Virus record (IMG/VR): IMGVR_UViG_3300005253_000011
Location: 1-64,000 of that record
Source: a virus
DNA: 64,000 nucleotides
Reading direction: 5' to 3' (one strand)
The notes under the pieces were generated by a model. The model saw nothing but the letters and a program-made list of their open reading frames with translations, did not search any database and had not been told where the DNA came from. This document shows positions 10,036 to 21,155 of this stretch, piece by piece. A program made the translations under genes and the position numbers. The first letter of the stretch is position 1, and each line of letters begins with the position of its first letter.

Positions 10036-11904
10036 TTATTTGGATTTAATGCGGAATTCGCCTTCGCCTTCGTTTAATCCCTTCATCAGAGATTCCCTTG
10101 TCCACTTGCCATTTGTTATACCCATGGCTACGACTTCTTCGAAGGAGACCCATTCTCCTGCTTTGTTTTTTAATTCAATATCGTCTACTATGTAGGTACC
10201 CAGGCCAGTCTCCGCTTTCCTCTCTTCGAATCCTTTCCTAGCTAATCTTTCTCGTTTGCTTTGGAACCATTCCTTCTGGTCCTTAGTAGCAGTCTCCATA
10301 GTGATAAACTTGTTGCGTCCACCCTCTGTCCTTGGTTTTGACGTAGGAGTTGGAGTCTGCATAGCTGCGGTCCTTACCTGGTGCCAAACCTCATCCGTGT
10401 ACTGGCTGGACAATTGACCCTTTAATTTCTCTTCGGGTATCATGATCTCTGCCGTTCCACCAAGATCGATAACATCAATCTGTGTAGGTCCATCAGTCCC
10501 GCCCACTATATTAAACCATAATTTCCCCTTCTTCAGACCTTGCTCCTTACCTGTATTCGGATCAACGTAATCAATCATAGCCTGAATATCCAATGAACTG
10601 GATACCTGTAAAGCATCTGTAGGATCTTTATACATAGTGGTAGGCCTGGCCTTCAATGGAGAATTGAAATATCCGCGTATAACCTCCCCTTTCTGATTCC
10701 TAACATTAACTATATCGTTAGGGCTGATATCAATGGAAGTATTCTTTTTCGATGCGTTAGTTGAGGGAAGAGTTATTTGATGAGTATCATATTGACGCAT
10801 ACCATCATCGGTATACTTCGGTATCTTTGTCCCGCTGTATCCCCTGTCTGCATTTCCAAATAAGCCGAATGACTGACCTACCTTTCTCTGACGTTCTGCA
10901 ATCTCCCTGCGAACAGCTGTTACAGTCTTCTTTTCTGTCTGCTTGATGCCGGCCCTGAGCTTCTTTTTAAACATCGCCCTAGCTTTCGGGTCACTTTCCA
11001 GATATGGATACGATTGCATAGCATCTTCCACTAACATATCCATTTCATCATCAGTGTAAAATCCTTCTCGCTCGACCCGTTCCAGTACTTTATAAGCATC
11101 AGTTGATAGTTTAACATTCTCTTTTATAGTGGTTGTTATGCTACTTTTAACCATGCCTAGGGATGATTTAACAGCTTTGTCAATTCCCATATACGCTTGA
11201 AACTCGCCTACATATTTATGAAGTTCATCAATACTTGTCGTTCCAAGATTATCATGATTGTGAATAAACATCATAGCTTTCCTGACTGTTTCGTCATCAA
11301 CGTAATTCGCTGTTGGATCAGCCGCTTTGGCGAGTACATCCATAGCCTCTGGTGCTAGTTGATTGTACATCCTGGCATATGTCTGATAACTTCTGATCAT
11401 ATTCTTAAACGCAGGATCATACTTGGTCAGCATTCTAGCCTTGGTGTAATCTCCGCCTAGTTCATAAGCCTTATCATCCAGATAAGTATTAATGCTGCCT
11501 TGCACTTTGGCATTAAATTCATCCTGAGCAAGTGGATTTACCAATTCTATATAATGATCAAGGGCCTCATTATTAGCCGGCCCGAACATCGCAAATTCTT
11601 TAACGGCTGCATCCTGCTCAGCTTTGCGCCTGGCTTCCAGCATACCAATGGGTATAAGACCTGCGTTAGCGACGAATATAGGAATATTGCCTAACGACTT
11701 ACTTCCGAATGTGCCAGCCTGTAAAGGCCTGCCTGCACTTGGAAAATAGGTACTTTTTGCTTGAGCGCCGGGCGAAGGGGCCTGGAAACTCTTTTGTAGT
11801 TTATCAATATAGGATGCATCAGACTTCGCTAATTCACCCCTAGACATGCTATAGTTGCTTGTTCCGCCTTCTTTTACTACGCTTGGATTTTGATCTTCTG
11901 GCAT
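10036..11904 (-). CDS. putative internal virion/ejection protein
   Basis: 622-aa ORF between the pilot-like protein and the 2116-aa protein. Confidence 0.5.
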   Translation of the reverse strand: MPEDQNPSVVKEGGTSNYSMSRGELAKSDASYIDKLQKSFQAPSPGAQAKSTYFPSAGRPLQAGTFGSKSLGNIPIFVANAGLIPIGMLEARRKAEQDAAVKEFAMFGPANNEALDHYIELVNPLAQDEFNAKVQGSINTYLDDKAYELGGDYTKARMLTKYDPAFKNMIRSYQTYARMYNQLAPEAMDVLAKAADPTANYVDDETVRKAMMFIHNHDNLGTTSIDELHKYVGEFQAYMGIDKAVKSSLGMVKSSITTTIKENVKLSTDAYKVLERVEREGFYTDDEMDMLVEDAMQSYPYLESDPKARAMFKKKLRAGIKQTEKKTVTAVRREIAERQRKVGQSFGLFGNADRGYSGTKIPKYTDDGMRQYDTHQITLPSTNASKKNTSIDISPNDIVNVRNQKGEVIRGYFNSPLKARPTTMYKDPTDALQVSSSLDIQAMIDYVDPNTGKEQGLKKGKLWFNIVGGTDGPTQIDVIDLGGTAEIMIPEEKLKGQLSSQYTDEVWHQVRTAAMQTPTPTSKPRTEGGRNKFITMETATKDQKEWFQSKRERLARKGFEERKAETGLGTYIVDDIELKNKAGEWVSFEEVVAMGITNGKWTRESLMKGLNEGEGEFRIKSK

Positions 11905-11916
11905 GGTTTTAATTTT

Positions 11917-12648
11917 TTATCCGTACTTTGGTGCACCGGGCGTTGTAGATCCACCTCCGAACATAGACATTACATTCTTTGCAACACCGGGCAACTCACT
12001 GAGCGCCTGCATGTTCATCATATTTCTATTCTGCATCATGGTCGAACCAGATTGAGCATAGTCAGCTTTGGTTTGAATGGCTTCCCATAGATCTACATCA
12101 AGCTTCCGTTGCGATTCTGTTGCACCCTTTTGATATAATGCTCCCATCACATCCATCATTTGCTGGTTATATTGAGTTCTCTGCGATCCGGTCATTCCGA
12201 GTAGCTTATTAATATTAGCTCCCATCTGTATACCAGACTGCTTCATGAATGACATGGCCATCGCTGGGCTACTATATTTCATTCCAACACCGGCTTGTTG
12301 AGCACTGGTTCTCTCTAGCAAATCCTTGGCTGTCTGGAATTCGGGAGTCATTCCTGTCTCCACCATCCTCTTCTCTCGTCTGAGTTCTCTTCCAAAATCT
12401 GCAAAACCTGGATCTGGTATTGGCTCTAGGGCAGTTTCTCTGGCTTGGGCAAAGGCTGATTCTGAGGCTTGAAGATCTGCGTAAGCGGATTTAGCTTTAC
12501 CTCTCCCACCGAAAAATCCAACAATGGCCCCAATTCCAGCACCTATACCGGTACCTATAGGACCAAAAACTGAACCGGCAACAGCACCTGATACGGCACC
12601 GGCTCCGGCACCTTTCCAACCTTCATGAGCAATGTTAATGTCTGGCAT
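11917..12648 (-). CDS. putative ejection/pilot protein with N-terminal glycine zipper
   Basis: GAGAGAVSGAVAGSVFGPIGTGIGAGIGAIVG N-terminus followed by a Q/M-rich helical body. Confidence 0.6.
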   Translation of the reverse strand: MPDINIAHEGWKGAGAGAVSGAVAGSVFGPIGTGIGAGIGAIVGFFGGRGKAKSAYADLQASESAFAQARETALEPIPDPGFADFGRELRREKRMVETGMTPEFQTAKDLLERTSAQQAGVGMKYSSPAMAMSFMKQSGIQMGANINKLLGMTGSQRTQYNQQMMDVMGALYQKGATESQRKLDVDLWEAIQTKADYAQSGSTMMQNRNMMNMQALSELPGVAKNVMSMFGGGSTTPGAPKYG

Positions 12649-12657
12649 GGCTTTAGT

Positions 12658-12963
12658 TTAATATTCTCTTGAGTTCACTCTTACTACCCGGCTCAGTCTA
12701 TCAGCTACACTAAATCGAAGCTGTTTATGAGCAGGAATAATCTTACCGTCCATATTTGAAAGACGAGCAGGCTTCCACACAAGTTCAAAGCGACCCAAGG
12801 TTTTTAATTCTACTTCTTTTTCATCCAGCACGTGTTTCTTAACTATCGCAAGCAATGAGTCAAACATAAAATCACATTGGATCTTACTAATCGTCGTATA
12901 CTCAGACAGTTCGTTAACGAGCTGCGATTTTGTAATCTTTGTTGTTTTTCTTTCTTTCATCAC
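12658..12963 (-). CDS. HU/IHF-family DNA-binding protein
   Basis: ITKSQLVNELS...VELKTLGRFELVWKPARL....IIPAHKQLRFS matches the HU/IHF fold; the position next to the tail stabiliser is typical of crAss-like phages. Confidence 0.85.
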   Translation of the reverse strand: MMKERKTTKITKSQLVNELSEYTTISKIQCDFMFDSLLAIVKKHVLDEKEVELKTLGRFELVWKPARLSNMDGKIIPAHKQLRFSVADRLSRVVRVNSREY

Positions 12964-13012
12964 GTTTTGCTTTATCTAACACATAAGTATGCAAGATACA
13001 ATTAATTTATCA

Positions 13013-16000
13013 CTATTCAATAATATTCGTAATGCCTATACGGATAGCCTTCACTTCGTATGCGGTAGTTAAGGACCCATCAAATGTGATCCTAATAGTA
13101 AGGTATGGTCCTTGCATTGCTTTAGTATCTTTAGCTCCTGAATCCCTGCGTCCTATATAGGAGTACAAACCCGGATTCAAATCCCTTACTACAGGAGGCG
13201 TATCTGTGTTAGGAGATGACGCACCTGTATCAAATATCATTTCTTTTGGAGTCGCATTTGCATGTAATAAATAATCAATAAATTCCCATGATGTATGTAG
13301 ATCCGGATTAATTACGATATCAATATATGGGTCCATGTCTTCTCCAGAATCACTTGACAAAGTATATGTACCGTCCTCAACTGAGTACATTCTATCACTC
13401 CTGGCTCCAAGAAGATATGGCCAGTCATTATACGTAGCCGATTCTTTATTCTTAAATATCATCCTATCATAATCATGAGGAAGTTCATGAGTCCAGTTAT
13501 TCAAAAAGAAATTGAACACATACATATTGCCGGCTATCTCTACCCACAATTCATTTTCCCTTTCATTGAATACTGTTAATAATGTTGGATAATTTGTACC
13601 ATGCGGTAAACCTTTACATACGGCATATAATCTATCTCTCCAATTTGCTATGATATTCCTAACATCATTATTAAAGAATAGCATAACACCTTTATTATTG
13701 ACCCATGATAATGCCTGCACAAATTGACCATTCACCGTCTCCATTACCCCCTCAGATTTACTTCTGGATAACTGACTTGGACATCCTACTGCAGTATTTA
13801 ACCAGATTTCATCCTGAATAAACTTACCTTCCAGATCTATGAGACCTACCTGCTCCCCAACCGCACCGCGCATGACGGTTTTATTGGTAAGGACTAATGC
13901 AACGCCGCTCTCTGTAACTGCATACAAGTTCCTTCCCTGGCCACTCACGGCATCATATAAAATGGTGATTGATCCAAGGTCAGCTCGCTTTAAATCGTAG
14001 TAATTAATCGGAAGGAATGTCCTCAATGATGGGGAATTCTGTATCGCCGGATTTTTATCCAGAGAGAATGCCAGACGCTGCCAAAACTCAACACGCTCAG
14101 CATACCCTGCTAAAGGCTTATTAACGGCCCTAGCGGACACATCTTTTGTGTAGTCATAGTTGAGCATCTGTGGCGTTACAAACCCACCACGCTCCCATAA
14201 CAGGTACTCATCACCAAATTTATCGTAGTAATCAGTATAGACGGCGGCACGAAGATAATAATCCTCTGGTTCCTCAGCGGTATTTCTAGCTGGGTAACTA
14301 GTAGGTCGCTGCACATAATTACGTCTCGGGTAAGTATCACCATACGCTAAAACAGTATTTGACTTGCTTTCGCAGATGAAGCCGAATACCCATTGACGAA
14401 TACTATCTACGGCAATATCATAATTATCTGGTATAATGTTAGGGGGAGCTCCTGTTTCATTATCATATTTTGATGTGGTTTGTGTACCGCCCGCCTCAGT
14501 TGGAGCCTCTCTAGCATAGCGCGGAATAAAAACAGCATTATTTGTTCCGGATATTCTATAGGTATACCCCGGCATAGGCCCATTTACCTGTAATTGTTCG
14601 GTTACAGCGTCAGCTTGTATTGAACCACTACCGGCAAATGGGCCTATACTTTTAGCACCATCAACTTTATTATCCACAACAGCATTAAACACTTCACCGA
14701 CAAATGAATCGCCTCCAAATACTATGATTGGACTATTATTATTATACACAACTTTTATCTCATCTCCTTCAGGAGGATAGAAATTTAAAGTGGCTACAAC
14801 ATCAAACTCGATAGTGACTGGATTTTTTGGATCAACAGTATAAACGGTAGCCTGCCCATTATTAATCCATGTAGCCGCAACAGTGTACATACCATAATAA
14901 TCATTACCGTATAGAGTGAAATAACCGGTTCCTAATCCGCCGCCGGCATTGATAGCTGCACCCCAGGTCGATATACTACCACTTACTTCAAGTGTTACAT
15001 CCATCCACCGTTGCCCATTAACCATAATGTATCGAACATCAGCATCAGCAGCAGCAATGATAGCAGCGTGTACATCTTCCGGACGCTCATCTACAAGAGC
15101 ATAAGTTTGACCAGATCCACCGACTGCGGTTCCTATAATACTCTCAAGCTTCTGATATACGCCGGTATCTTGATAACTTTGCGTATTGGTAGTAAGAATG
15201 TTGGCATTATTGTGTACTATGTTGACTATATAAACAGGCTCATGAAAGGCTCTGTTAACATCATCATTACCAGTAGTTCGAGTCATGCCAGTCAATTGTG
15301 CGTAAATAGCTGCGTCCACCGTTAGCTCTAGCATGTTACTACGCCCATCTGAATTGCCATATTGCCCGCCATCGATTTTCTCTACACTGCTAATATCAAA
15401 CAAATAATCTGGGGATCTGGATGTTATTCCTGCTCCCATATTAGATCCGGTTAATCCCAAATAATTCCGCCATCTGCCAAATGTCACATAACCAGATCCA
15501 CGACCTATCTTAGCCAGAGGATCGAATGCATTGTAAATATAATCCTCATATGCAACATTGGCATAGGATAGTAAATCCACGCTATAACAACCCAGCGGCT
15601 CAGTCGATCCAGAAAAAGCAGAGGAGTTAAACCCAAGTACACTAACTAATTGTAGCTGGTAATCATCTGGGTTATTAACAATATCGTCATACAGGTAAGC
15701 TTTGTTACCATAAAATGGATCGATATCTGGAGAGTAAAAAGTCAATTTAGATCCCTCTTTATCAACCGGACTTAGAGCGCCTTGTTGAGCGAAAACATAA
15801 GTCGCAAGACCCTGCGCTAATACACGATTAGCAGGCGGGGTACGTACAACCTTAAAGCCTCTTACCCAGGATGGAAGTAAACTTGTATCAATACCTGTAA
15901 ATGCCCAACCAAGGGACCAGATATGATTATTTAAAGATTGATGAAAATTATAATCGGCAGCATCCATCTGATCGCATGGCATATCAGACCTAAATCCCCA

Positions 16001-17536
16001 GTCCTTATTATCACCTTTCCCAGCAGGATAGAATGGTTGAAATGAATTGAATGATGCTGCAACTGCATTGATAGCTAGCATTGCCGGTGATCTGGAAATT
16101 CCTGCGGGTTGAGTGTCCTGCCATACGCGACTAAACACTTCATAAGCTCTATCCCAGGAATCAACACCATCGGAGTCATAAAGAGCATATTCAGGTCGTT
16201 CTGTAGTATAAAGATTTGATAAAACTTCAGAGATCCCAGTCATAGCATCACGCCTGTTTGGCATCTGATAATTCTCCAGATCTGGTATAGGTACAGCAAA
16301 AGTTAATCCTCCAAGGTCATCCATAAACTGAACAGCGTATCCAAATCTCTCTCCCCTGGTAGAATTCTTTCTGTATACCTGATTCCATGTTTTACTGAAT
16401 CCTTCAAATCCGAGATTCATATTAACTGGCTGGGCGCGTTTGCTTTCGCTATCTATAATGAATGCACTATCAGATAATGAAGAGAGATCTCTAGCTTCAT
16501 ATTCAACACCACCTATAACCAGGCGGCCATCAGTCAATCTGATTGTCTTACATAATTTAATTGCTTGGGATTCTAATTCTGAAGCTTCATCAAGCGGTAG
16601 CCAATCAAGTCCATCCTTATCAATAAAATCAATAATATCATAAACCGTTGAAGATATATCAACCGCAGCGCCATCGGCATCAGCAACCAAGTTAAGGTAT
16701 TCCGGATTAGGACTAAAATCAGGAGATTGTCCAGTGTTATGCGCTGTACGTTTTATCTGTATGTAAGCAAATCCAGCTTCGTTAGTTACACGAAATCTGA
16801 TTCGTATACCTTTATTTGTTAGTCCACCAGGCTCATCGCCAGTAGTAAACACTCCATTCTTTGTATTACCCGGGGTTGTAGTTACAACCTCTGTATGAAC
16901 GGGGATCACAGGAGTAGATGGTGACCAGTTTGTACTATTACCTTGCGTATCGGTATACCGGATACTATACGTGTATCCACCGCCAATGAGACCAGATCCA
17001 GCGCCAACATACTCAAGTCCCATGAATTTTGGCTGGTTTGTATGGGTTACTAACTGTAACCTATGAGAATCTGCATCATATTCTGTGAAATATTTTTGTG
17101 TGGCAAAGCTATTGATGACATCATACAAATCATAATATACAGGCGCCCTGGCTCCATCGGTTATATACATGATCCCATCATCCTCATCTATGGCTGCATC
17201 GATCATACCGACTCGGGACCCTGGAATATCAGCGTGTTCTGCTACCTTAGTACCAGAAATGTAAATTGTTTTGACGAATGTAACTGTGTTATACCAAAAC
17301 TCTACTACATAGTTCTCTGTCACCCAGCTGAATAGACCTGTACAATACTGTGTTGTATCCTCTGTCCTATCTTCATGAATAACATCACCGGGCGTTCTTT
17401 TATAGGTACCGTTAATAGTCTTACGCATCAAGTATGCTTGCCGTATTGAACTGTGATCCGGAGCTAAAAGATTCTTATCGGTGTCTGCATCTATCCCACG
17501 AAGGAATAAATTGGTAATATATTCTAATGGTTTCAT
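13013..17536 (-). CDS. tail stabilisation/nozzle protein (P22 gp10-like)
   Basis: 1507 aa, beta-rich; N-terminal F.RGID.D.DKNLL typical of podovirus stabilisation proteins; position in the tail module. Confidence 0.65.
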   Translation of the reverse strand: MKPLEYITNLFLRGIDADTDKNLLAPDHSSIRQAYLMRKTINGTYKRTPGDVIHEDRTEDTTQYCTGLFSWVTENYVVEFWYNTVTFVKTIYISGTKVAEHADIPGSRVGMIDAAIDEDDGIMYITDGARAPVYYDLYDVINSFATQKYFTEYDADSHRLQLVTHTNQPKFMGLEYVGAGSGLIGGGYTYSIRYTDTQGNSTNWSPSTPVIPVHTEVVTTTPGNTKNGVFTTGDEPGGLTNKGIRIRFRVTNEAGFAYIQIKRTAHNTGQSPDFSPNPEYLNLVADADGAAVDISSTVYDIIDFIDKDGLDWLPLDEASELESQAIKLCKTIRLTDGRLVIGGVEYEARDLSSLSDSAFIIDSESKRAQPVNMNLGFEGFSKTWNQVYRKNSTRGERFGYAVQFMDDLGGLTFAVPIPDLENYQMPNRRDAMTGISEVLSNLYTTERPEYALYDSDGVDSWDRAYEVFSRVWQDTQPAGISRSPAMLAINAVAASFNSFQPFYPAGKGDNKDWGFRSDMPCDQMDAADYNFHQSLNNHIWSLGWAFTGIDTSLLPSWVRGFKVVRTPPANRVLAQGLATYVFAQQGALSPVDKEGSKLTFYSPDIDPFYGNKAYLYDDIVNNPDDYQLQLVSVLGFNSSAFSGSTEPLGCYSVDLLSYANVAYEDYIYNAFDPLAKIGRGSGYVTFGRWRNYLGLTGSNMGAGITSRSPDYLFDISSVEKIDGGQYGNSDGRSNMLELTVDAAIYAQLTGMTRTTGNDDVNRAFHEPVYIVNIVHNNANILTTNTQSYQDTGVYQKLESIIGTAVGGSGQTYALVDERPEDVHAAIIAAADADVRYIMVNGQRWMDVTLEVSGSISTWGAAINAGGGLGTGYFTLYGNDYYGMYTVAATWINNGQATVYTVDPKNPVTIEFDVVATLNFYPPEGDEIKVVYNNNSPIIVFGGDSFVGEVFNAVVDNKVDGAKSIGPFAGSGSIQADAVTEQLQVNGPMPGYTYRISGTNNAVFIPRYAREAPTEAGGTQTTSKYDNETGAPPNIIPDNYDIAVDSIRQWVFGFICESKSNTVLAYGDTYPRRNYVQRPTSYPARNTAEEPEDYYLRAAVYTDYYDKFGDEYLLWERGGFVTPQMLNYDYTKDVSARAVNKPLAGYAERVEFWQRLAFSLDKNPAIQNSPSLRTFLPINYYDLKRADLGSITILYDAVSGQGRNLYAVTESGVALVLTNKTVMRGAVGEQVGLIDLEGKFIQDEIWLNTAVGCPSQLSRSKSEGVMETVNGQFVQALSWVNNKGVMLFFNNDVRNIIANWRDRLYAVCKGLPHGTNYPTLLTVFNERENELWVEIAGNMYVFNFFLNNWTHELPHDYDRMIFKNKESATYNDWPYLLGARSDRMYSVEDGTYTLSSDSGEDMDPYIDIVINPDLHTSWEFIDYLLHANATPKEMIFDTGASSPNTDTPPVVRDLNPGLYSYIGRRDSGAKDTKAMQGPYLTIRITFDGSLTTAYEVKAIRIGITNIIE

Positions 17537-17547
17537 GAATGGGAATT

Positions 17548-17594
17548 AAAAAATCCCACGGGTACGGGCATGGATATACCCGTACCCGTGGGAT
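17548..17594 (-). terminator. intrinsic terminator
   Basis: 16-bp perfect stem ATCCCACGGGTACGGG/CCCGTACCCGTGGGAT with a U-tract on the minus strand, after the 17635 ORF. Confidence 0.85.
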
Positions 17595-17634
17595 CAGTTA
17601 TTTATACTGGCCACGCTACTTGAGGTAGCTAATC

Positions 17635-18534
17635 TTAAGCCTTAACGTCAGCTGCTTCCAGGGTCAGATATACCTTATCAGCTGCAGCATTGTAATTCCC
17701 TTTCAGGATATCCAATGCGGTTGATGTTTGGGTATGCTCTGTCCCACCAGCGAACTGATAAGCTGCATTCCAGGTGATGGCAAACGCGCCGGTAGCAGTG
17801 ATCTCAAATCTGACGCTCTGGCCAGCTCTTAAGTTCAAAGCTTTAGCAATGGTTGTAGCTGCAGAAATGGATATCTGATATACCCTAGCTATGTTAAAGT
17901 CAGGAGTAAATGTACCAGCTACTGTACCAGCGAGATCACCTGATACATTGGCGATAGTGACAATAACTCTTTCCGTTACAATATGACTACGCTTCTTACT
18001 GAATACCAATAGAGAAGCGGGAGCAGTAGTATTAGCTACTGTACCAGCGAGATCGCCTGAAACATTAGTAATAGTAGGATGAGCAAATTCTCCGCCGGCA
18101 TCCACAGAAGTGAATATAAGATCGGCCACACTTGATGTGAGTACAATACCCACAGCTAAATAAGCAGCAGCATTTGCTGTTACAAAATCGGAGCAGGTCA
18201 GCGTCAGTGTTGAATTAAATGTTAAAAGTTTGGTTAATCCCCCAGCAGCTGCAATATCAGCTGTACCTGAAGCACCAGTTACAGACACTGTATCAACTTG
18301 TTTTACGCTACCTACAACAGCAACATTAATACCTCTAAGACCTAAAGCAACACTATGACTTACCTTAAAATCTTCAGCAGTTTCGTCAAAATCAGTATCA
18401 AAGGTAGCCAGATAAGCAACACCATTAACAGTGATATTAGCGGTACCTGATGTACCGGTGAGTGTTACCGTATCTCCGGCTACCGGAACAACTGCAACAC
18501 TTCTACTTGAATTTTCTTGATCAAAAAATTTCAT
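17635..18534 (-). CDS. virion structural protein with internal repeat
   Basis: T/A/V/G-rich; repeats TGxSGTAxI and NVSGDLAGTVA; has its own terminator. Confidence 0.6.
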   Translation of the reverse strand: MKFFDQENSSRSVAVVPVAGDTVTLTGTSGTANITVNGVAYLATFDTDFDETAEDFKVSHSVALGLRGINVAVVGSVKQVDTVSVTGASGTADIAAAGGLTKLLTFNSTLTLTCSDFVTANAAAYLAVGIVLTSSVADLIFTSVDAGGEFAHPTITNVSGDLAGTVANTTAPASLLVFSKKRSHIVTERVIVTIANVSGDLAGTVAGTFTPDFNIARVYQISISAATTIAKALNLRAGQSVRFEITATGAFAITWNAAYQFAGGTEHTQTSTALDILKGNYNAAADKVYLTLEAADVKA

Positions 18535-18574
18535 GATTTTAAATTATTATTATATTAAACGTTTAAATTTCAAA

Positions 18575-18844
18575 TTAATATACTAAAATTGTCCCGGCCG
18601 ATAATTCTACCGATGTAAATTTCCCTTTAGCATATATTTCTTCCCCTGCTTCCTGAGATCCGGATATTCCGTGTGCGGTTAAAGCATCTGTGCCAGATGG
18701 CACTCCGTCATCAATTAAAGAGGTAAATGTTGCAGCAACAATTATGCGAATAACATGCGCCTCTATAGTAGTAAGCGCAGTATCCCCTATTTTGACAGAT
18801 CCATACTTAGATGGTCTTACATAAATTTCATCAATATATCCCAT
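18575..18844 (-). CDS. small virion protein, paralog of the N-terminal domain of 18902..19807
   Basis: SKYGSVKI...HGIS..Q.AGEEI.AK.KFTSV.L..G shared with the upstream gene. Confidence 0.65.
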   Translation of the reverse strand: MGYIDEIYVRPSKYGSVKIGDTALTTIEAHVIRIIVAATFTSLIDDGVPSGTDALTAHGISGSQEAGEEIYAKGKFTSVELSAGTILVY

Positions 18845-18862
18845 AGTATTAAATTATTTTAT

Positions 18863-18892
18863 CAAAGGTACATAAATATATTAAGTTTTCAA
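18863..18892 (-). promoter_or_regulatory. Bacteroidota primary-sigma promoter
   Basis: TTG-N19-TACCTTTG on the minus strand just upstream of the ATG at 18844. Confidence 0.6.
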
Positions 18893-18901
18893 TATTATTC
18901 A

Positions 18902-19807
18902 TCATGGTAATGTTATTGCATATTTAGTAGCCAAATAAACCTTCACCGCAACTTTCTCATCTGCAGAAATTTCCGTGTTACATATGATTATCTCAGCTAT
19001 CTTAATATCGGCATACGTGGATGTCCTTCGATATAAGGCTCTGAAATCCGTTTGACCTGCATTCACCAGGGGGTTATTGCTTGATGCTGTACCGTTTTTG
19101 AAACTATTTACAGCCGTGCCGGTACGGTAAATCTCTGATAATTGACCTCCTACGATATCAACGTTATGAGAAAAAACATTAGTGGCTACCCCTGTTCTAA
19201 ATGTGTCGTTTGTCGTATTGTGATTAATGTATCGTGCGATGGAAAAATCACTACCTATCCAATACCCAGTTCCACGAATAACGGATATTATACTAAAATT
19301 ATCCAATAAAAGGTGTGCTGTGAAATCCAGCCAATCATCAAGACCATCACCCTGAACAACCGAAAGATCATTTATACCGTTTACCAGAGCTGGTTGTAAG
19401 GATTCTGTTGGCTGAACCATATGATTCACTTGACTGCTTTGATCCTGCCACTCACTCACCCCTGTAACTATAGTAACCCCAACTGAGGCGTCCAACCATA
19501 AAACAAGGTTACTAAGCCTGGCAGGCGTCCATAAAGCAACACCACTTTTAACAGATTTCCCACCTACTCGTACAGACCCTGAAGCCAATTGAACACTAGT
19601 AAATTTAGTTTTTGCAAAAATTTCCTCCCCAGCCGACTGAGTACTGGAAATACCGTGTAAAGTCGGAGAATCAGTTATACCAAATTCACCAATAGAAGTG
19701 AATACAGCGTCCTCCAATATCTCTATCACATTACCCTCAACCGAATGTAATGAAGTATCAGTAATTTTTACTGATCCATATTTTGATCTTAACGAAAGTA
19801 TGCTCAT
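18902..19807 (-). CDS. virion protein with C-terminal LamG/concanavalin-like domain
   Basis: WTPA.L.NLVLWLDAS......VSEWQDQS ... IAEIII...VYLATKYAI is a typical LamG-like signature. Confidence 0.7.
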   Translation of the reverse strand: MSILSLRSKYGSVKITDTSLHSVEGNVIEILEDAVFTSIGEFGITDSPTLHGISSTQSAGEEIFAKTKFTSVQLASGSVRVGGKSVKSGVALWTPARLSNLVLWLDASVGVTIVTGVSEWQDQSSQVNHMVQPTESLQPALVNGINDLSVVQGDGLDDWLDFTAHLLLDNFSIISVIRGTGYWIGSDFSIARYINHNTTNDTFRTGVATNVFSHNVDIVGGQLSEIYRTGTAVNSFKNGTASSNNPLVNAGQTDFRALYRRTSTYADIKIAEIIICNTEISADEKVAVKVYLATKYAITLP

Positions 19808-20361
19808 TAGTATGTCATTTTATTTCTATATTCTACCAATTGATCTAACCATTGTATAAAATCCTCAACAGTTTTCTTACCTTTTGCCTTATTACAATAC
19901 CCACAACATGGAACGATATTATATTCAGTATACCCTTTAGTACTGTCTATACGATCAATACCATTGTAAATATATTGTCCTTTCACACCTTTATGTGTAT
20001 TATTTGGGGTACTTCCACAATATACACAATTTTTTGAGATTAGCTTCCTAAATCTTTTCTTATTGAGATCAAAACGTAAACCCCTATTTTTGGCCTGTCT
20101 TTTATAGTTACTGTAAATAGCATTAAATTCTGATTCGCCATAAGGTAATTGATTAGATTTACCTATACGGGAACAATGCTCTTTATGCCAACATCCGCAT
20201 GATGTTAATTTACCTGTAAATACTTGGCTGGTAACAATACAACTATTCCCACATTCGCACGCACATTTCCATAAAGCAGAACCGAATTGACCAGTACCCA
20301 CTCTTTTGATTATGGTTAATCTACCAAATTGTTGTCCTATTTTATATTTAGATAATCCCAT
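19807..20361 (-). CDS. Cys-rich HNH-type homing endonuclease
   Basis: GQQFGRLTII..WKCACECG..SCGC and CVYCG...GIDRIDSTKGY..NIVPCCGYCNKAK. Confidence 0.8.
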   Translation of the reverse strand: MGLSKYKIGQQFGRLTIIKRVGTGQFGSALWKCACECGNSCIVTSQVFTGKLTSCGCWHKEHCSRIGKSNQLPYGESEFNAIYSNYKRQAKNRGLRFDLNKKRFRKLISKNCVYCGSTPNNTHKGVKGQYIYNGIDRIDSTKGYTEYNIVPCCGYCNKAKGKKTVEDFIQWLDQLVEYRNKMTY

Positions 20362-21152
20362 TATTCTGTCATTTTACTTGAGTATTCAACTAAATCTCTC
20401 CACTTCTTCTTGTCCAATGATCCCAATCTTACCTTGGCTTCGTGCCAAGCTCCGTTAAATCCGTATTTGTCAAGTTGTAAAGCAGCATCAGTTTGAATTG
20501 TACGTAATCGACGATTACCAGAATCATTGACTTTCAAAGCTCTAGCCGCTCTTTCTACTGTCCATAAAAGTACTGCCTCTGCAGCAAATGGGGGGACTAT
20601 TTTTATCTTGTCAATATCCAATTCTGAAGTAGCTACACCTTTACCGATGATTCTGACATAATCATAGCCGGAGCATGCTGAGGATAAGTAGATTATACCA
20701 TTTCGCGTATTAAAATAATAAGCATTATGCGGTGATTGTCTTAGTGCGCTTACTTTGAAAAACGGATCAGTTATATTGTGTTCATGATTATTCGCTGTGT
20801 ACCCAGACGCGACCCATTTATCCTCCCTGATCGTCCCACCCCTGGTTTGAAAATTTCTTTTCCAGTAAACATTCTCTACATATTTAATATTATCCGGGGT
20901 CCCGGTATAGATATGGATATTCTCAATATTATAGAATCCCTTCGGTATTGACACCTTCATATCATCAGGCATCACAATATCCCTGACCACTTTAATAAAA
21001 GGAACATCAAAGGATAATTCATCCAACGCTCTTTTCACAGTTTTTCGATACCAACCTGGAGTCAATTGCCGCATATCTGGATCACCTACCTCTAAACAGG
21101 CGTCTGCTACGATCTCTCCAATATTTACTAAATCTTCGAATGAAAATGTCAT
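20361..21152 (-). CDS. tail tubular/ring protein (putative)
   Basis: 263 aa in the post-capsid ring-protein cluster; adaptor-like helical termini. Confidence 0.5.
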   Translation of the reverse strand: MTFSFEDLVNIGEIVADACLEVGDPDMRQLTPGWYRKTVKRALDELSFDVPFIKVVRDIVMPDDMKVSIPKGFYNIENIHIYTGTPDNIKYVENVYWKRNFQTRGGTIREDKWVASGYTANNHEHNITDPFFKVSALRQSPHNAYYFNTRNGIIYLSSACSGYDYVRIIGKGVATSELDIDKIKIVPPFAAEAVLLWTVERAARALKVNDSGNRRLRTIQTDAALQLDKYGFNGAWHEAKVRLGSLDKKKWRDLVEYSSKMTE

Positions 21153-21155
21153 TAT

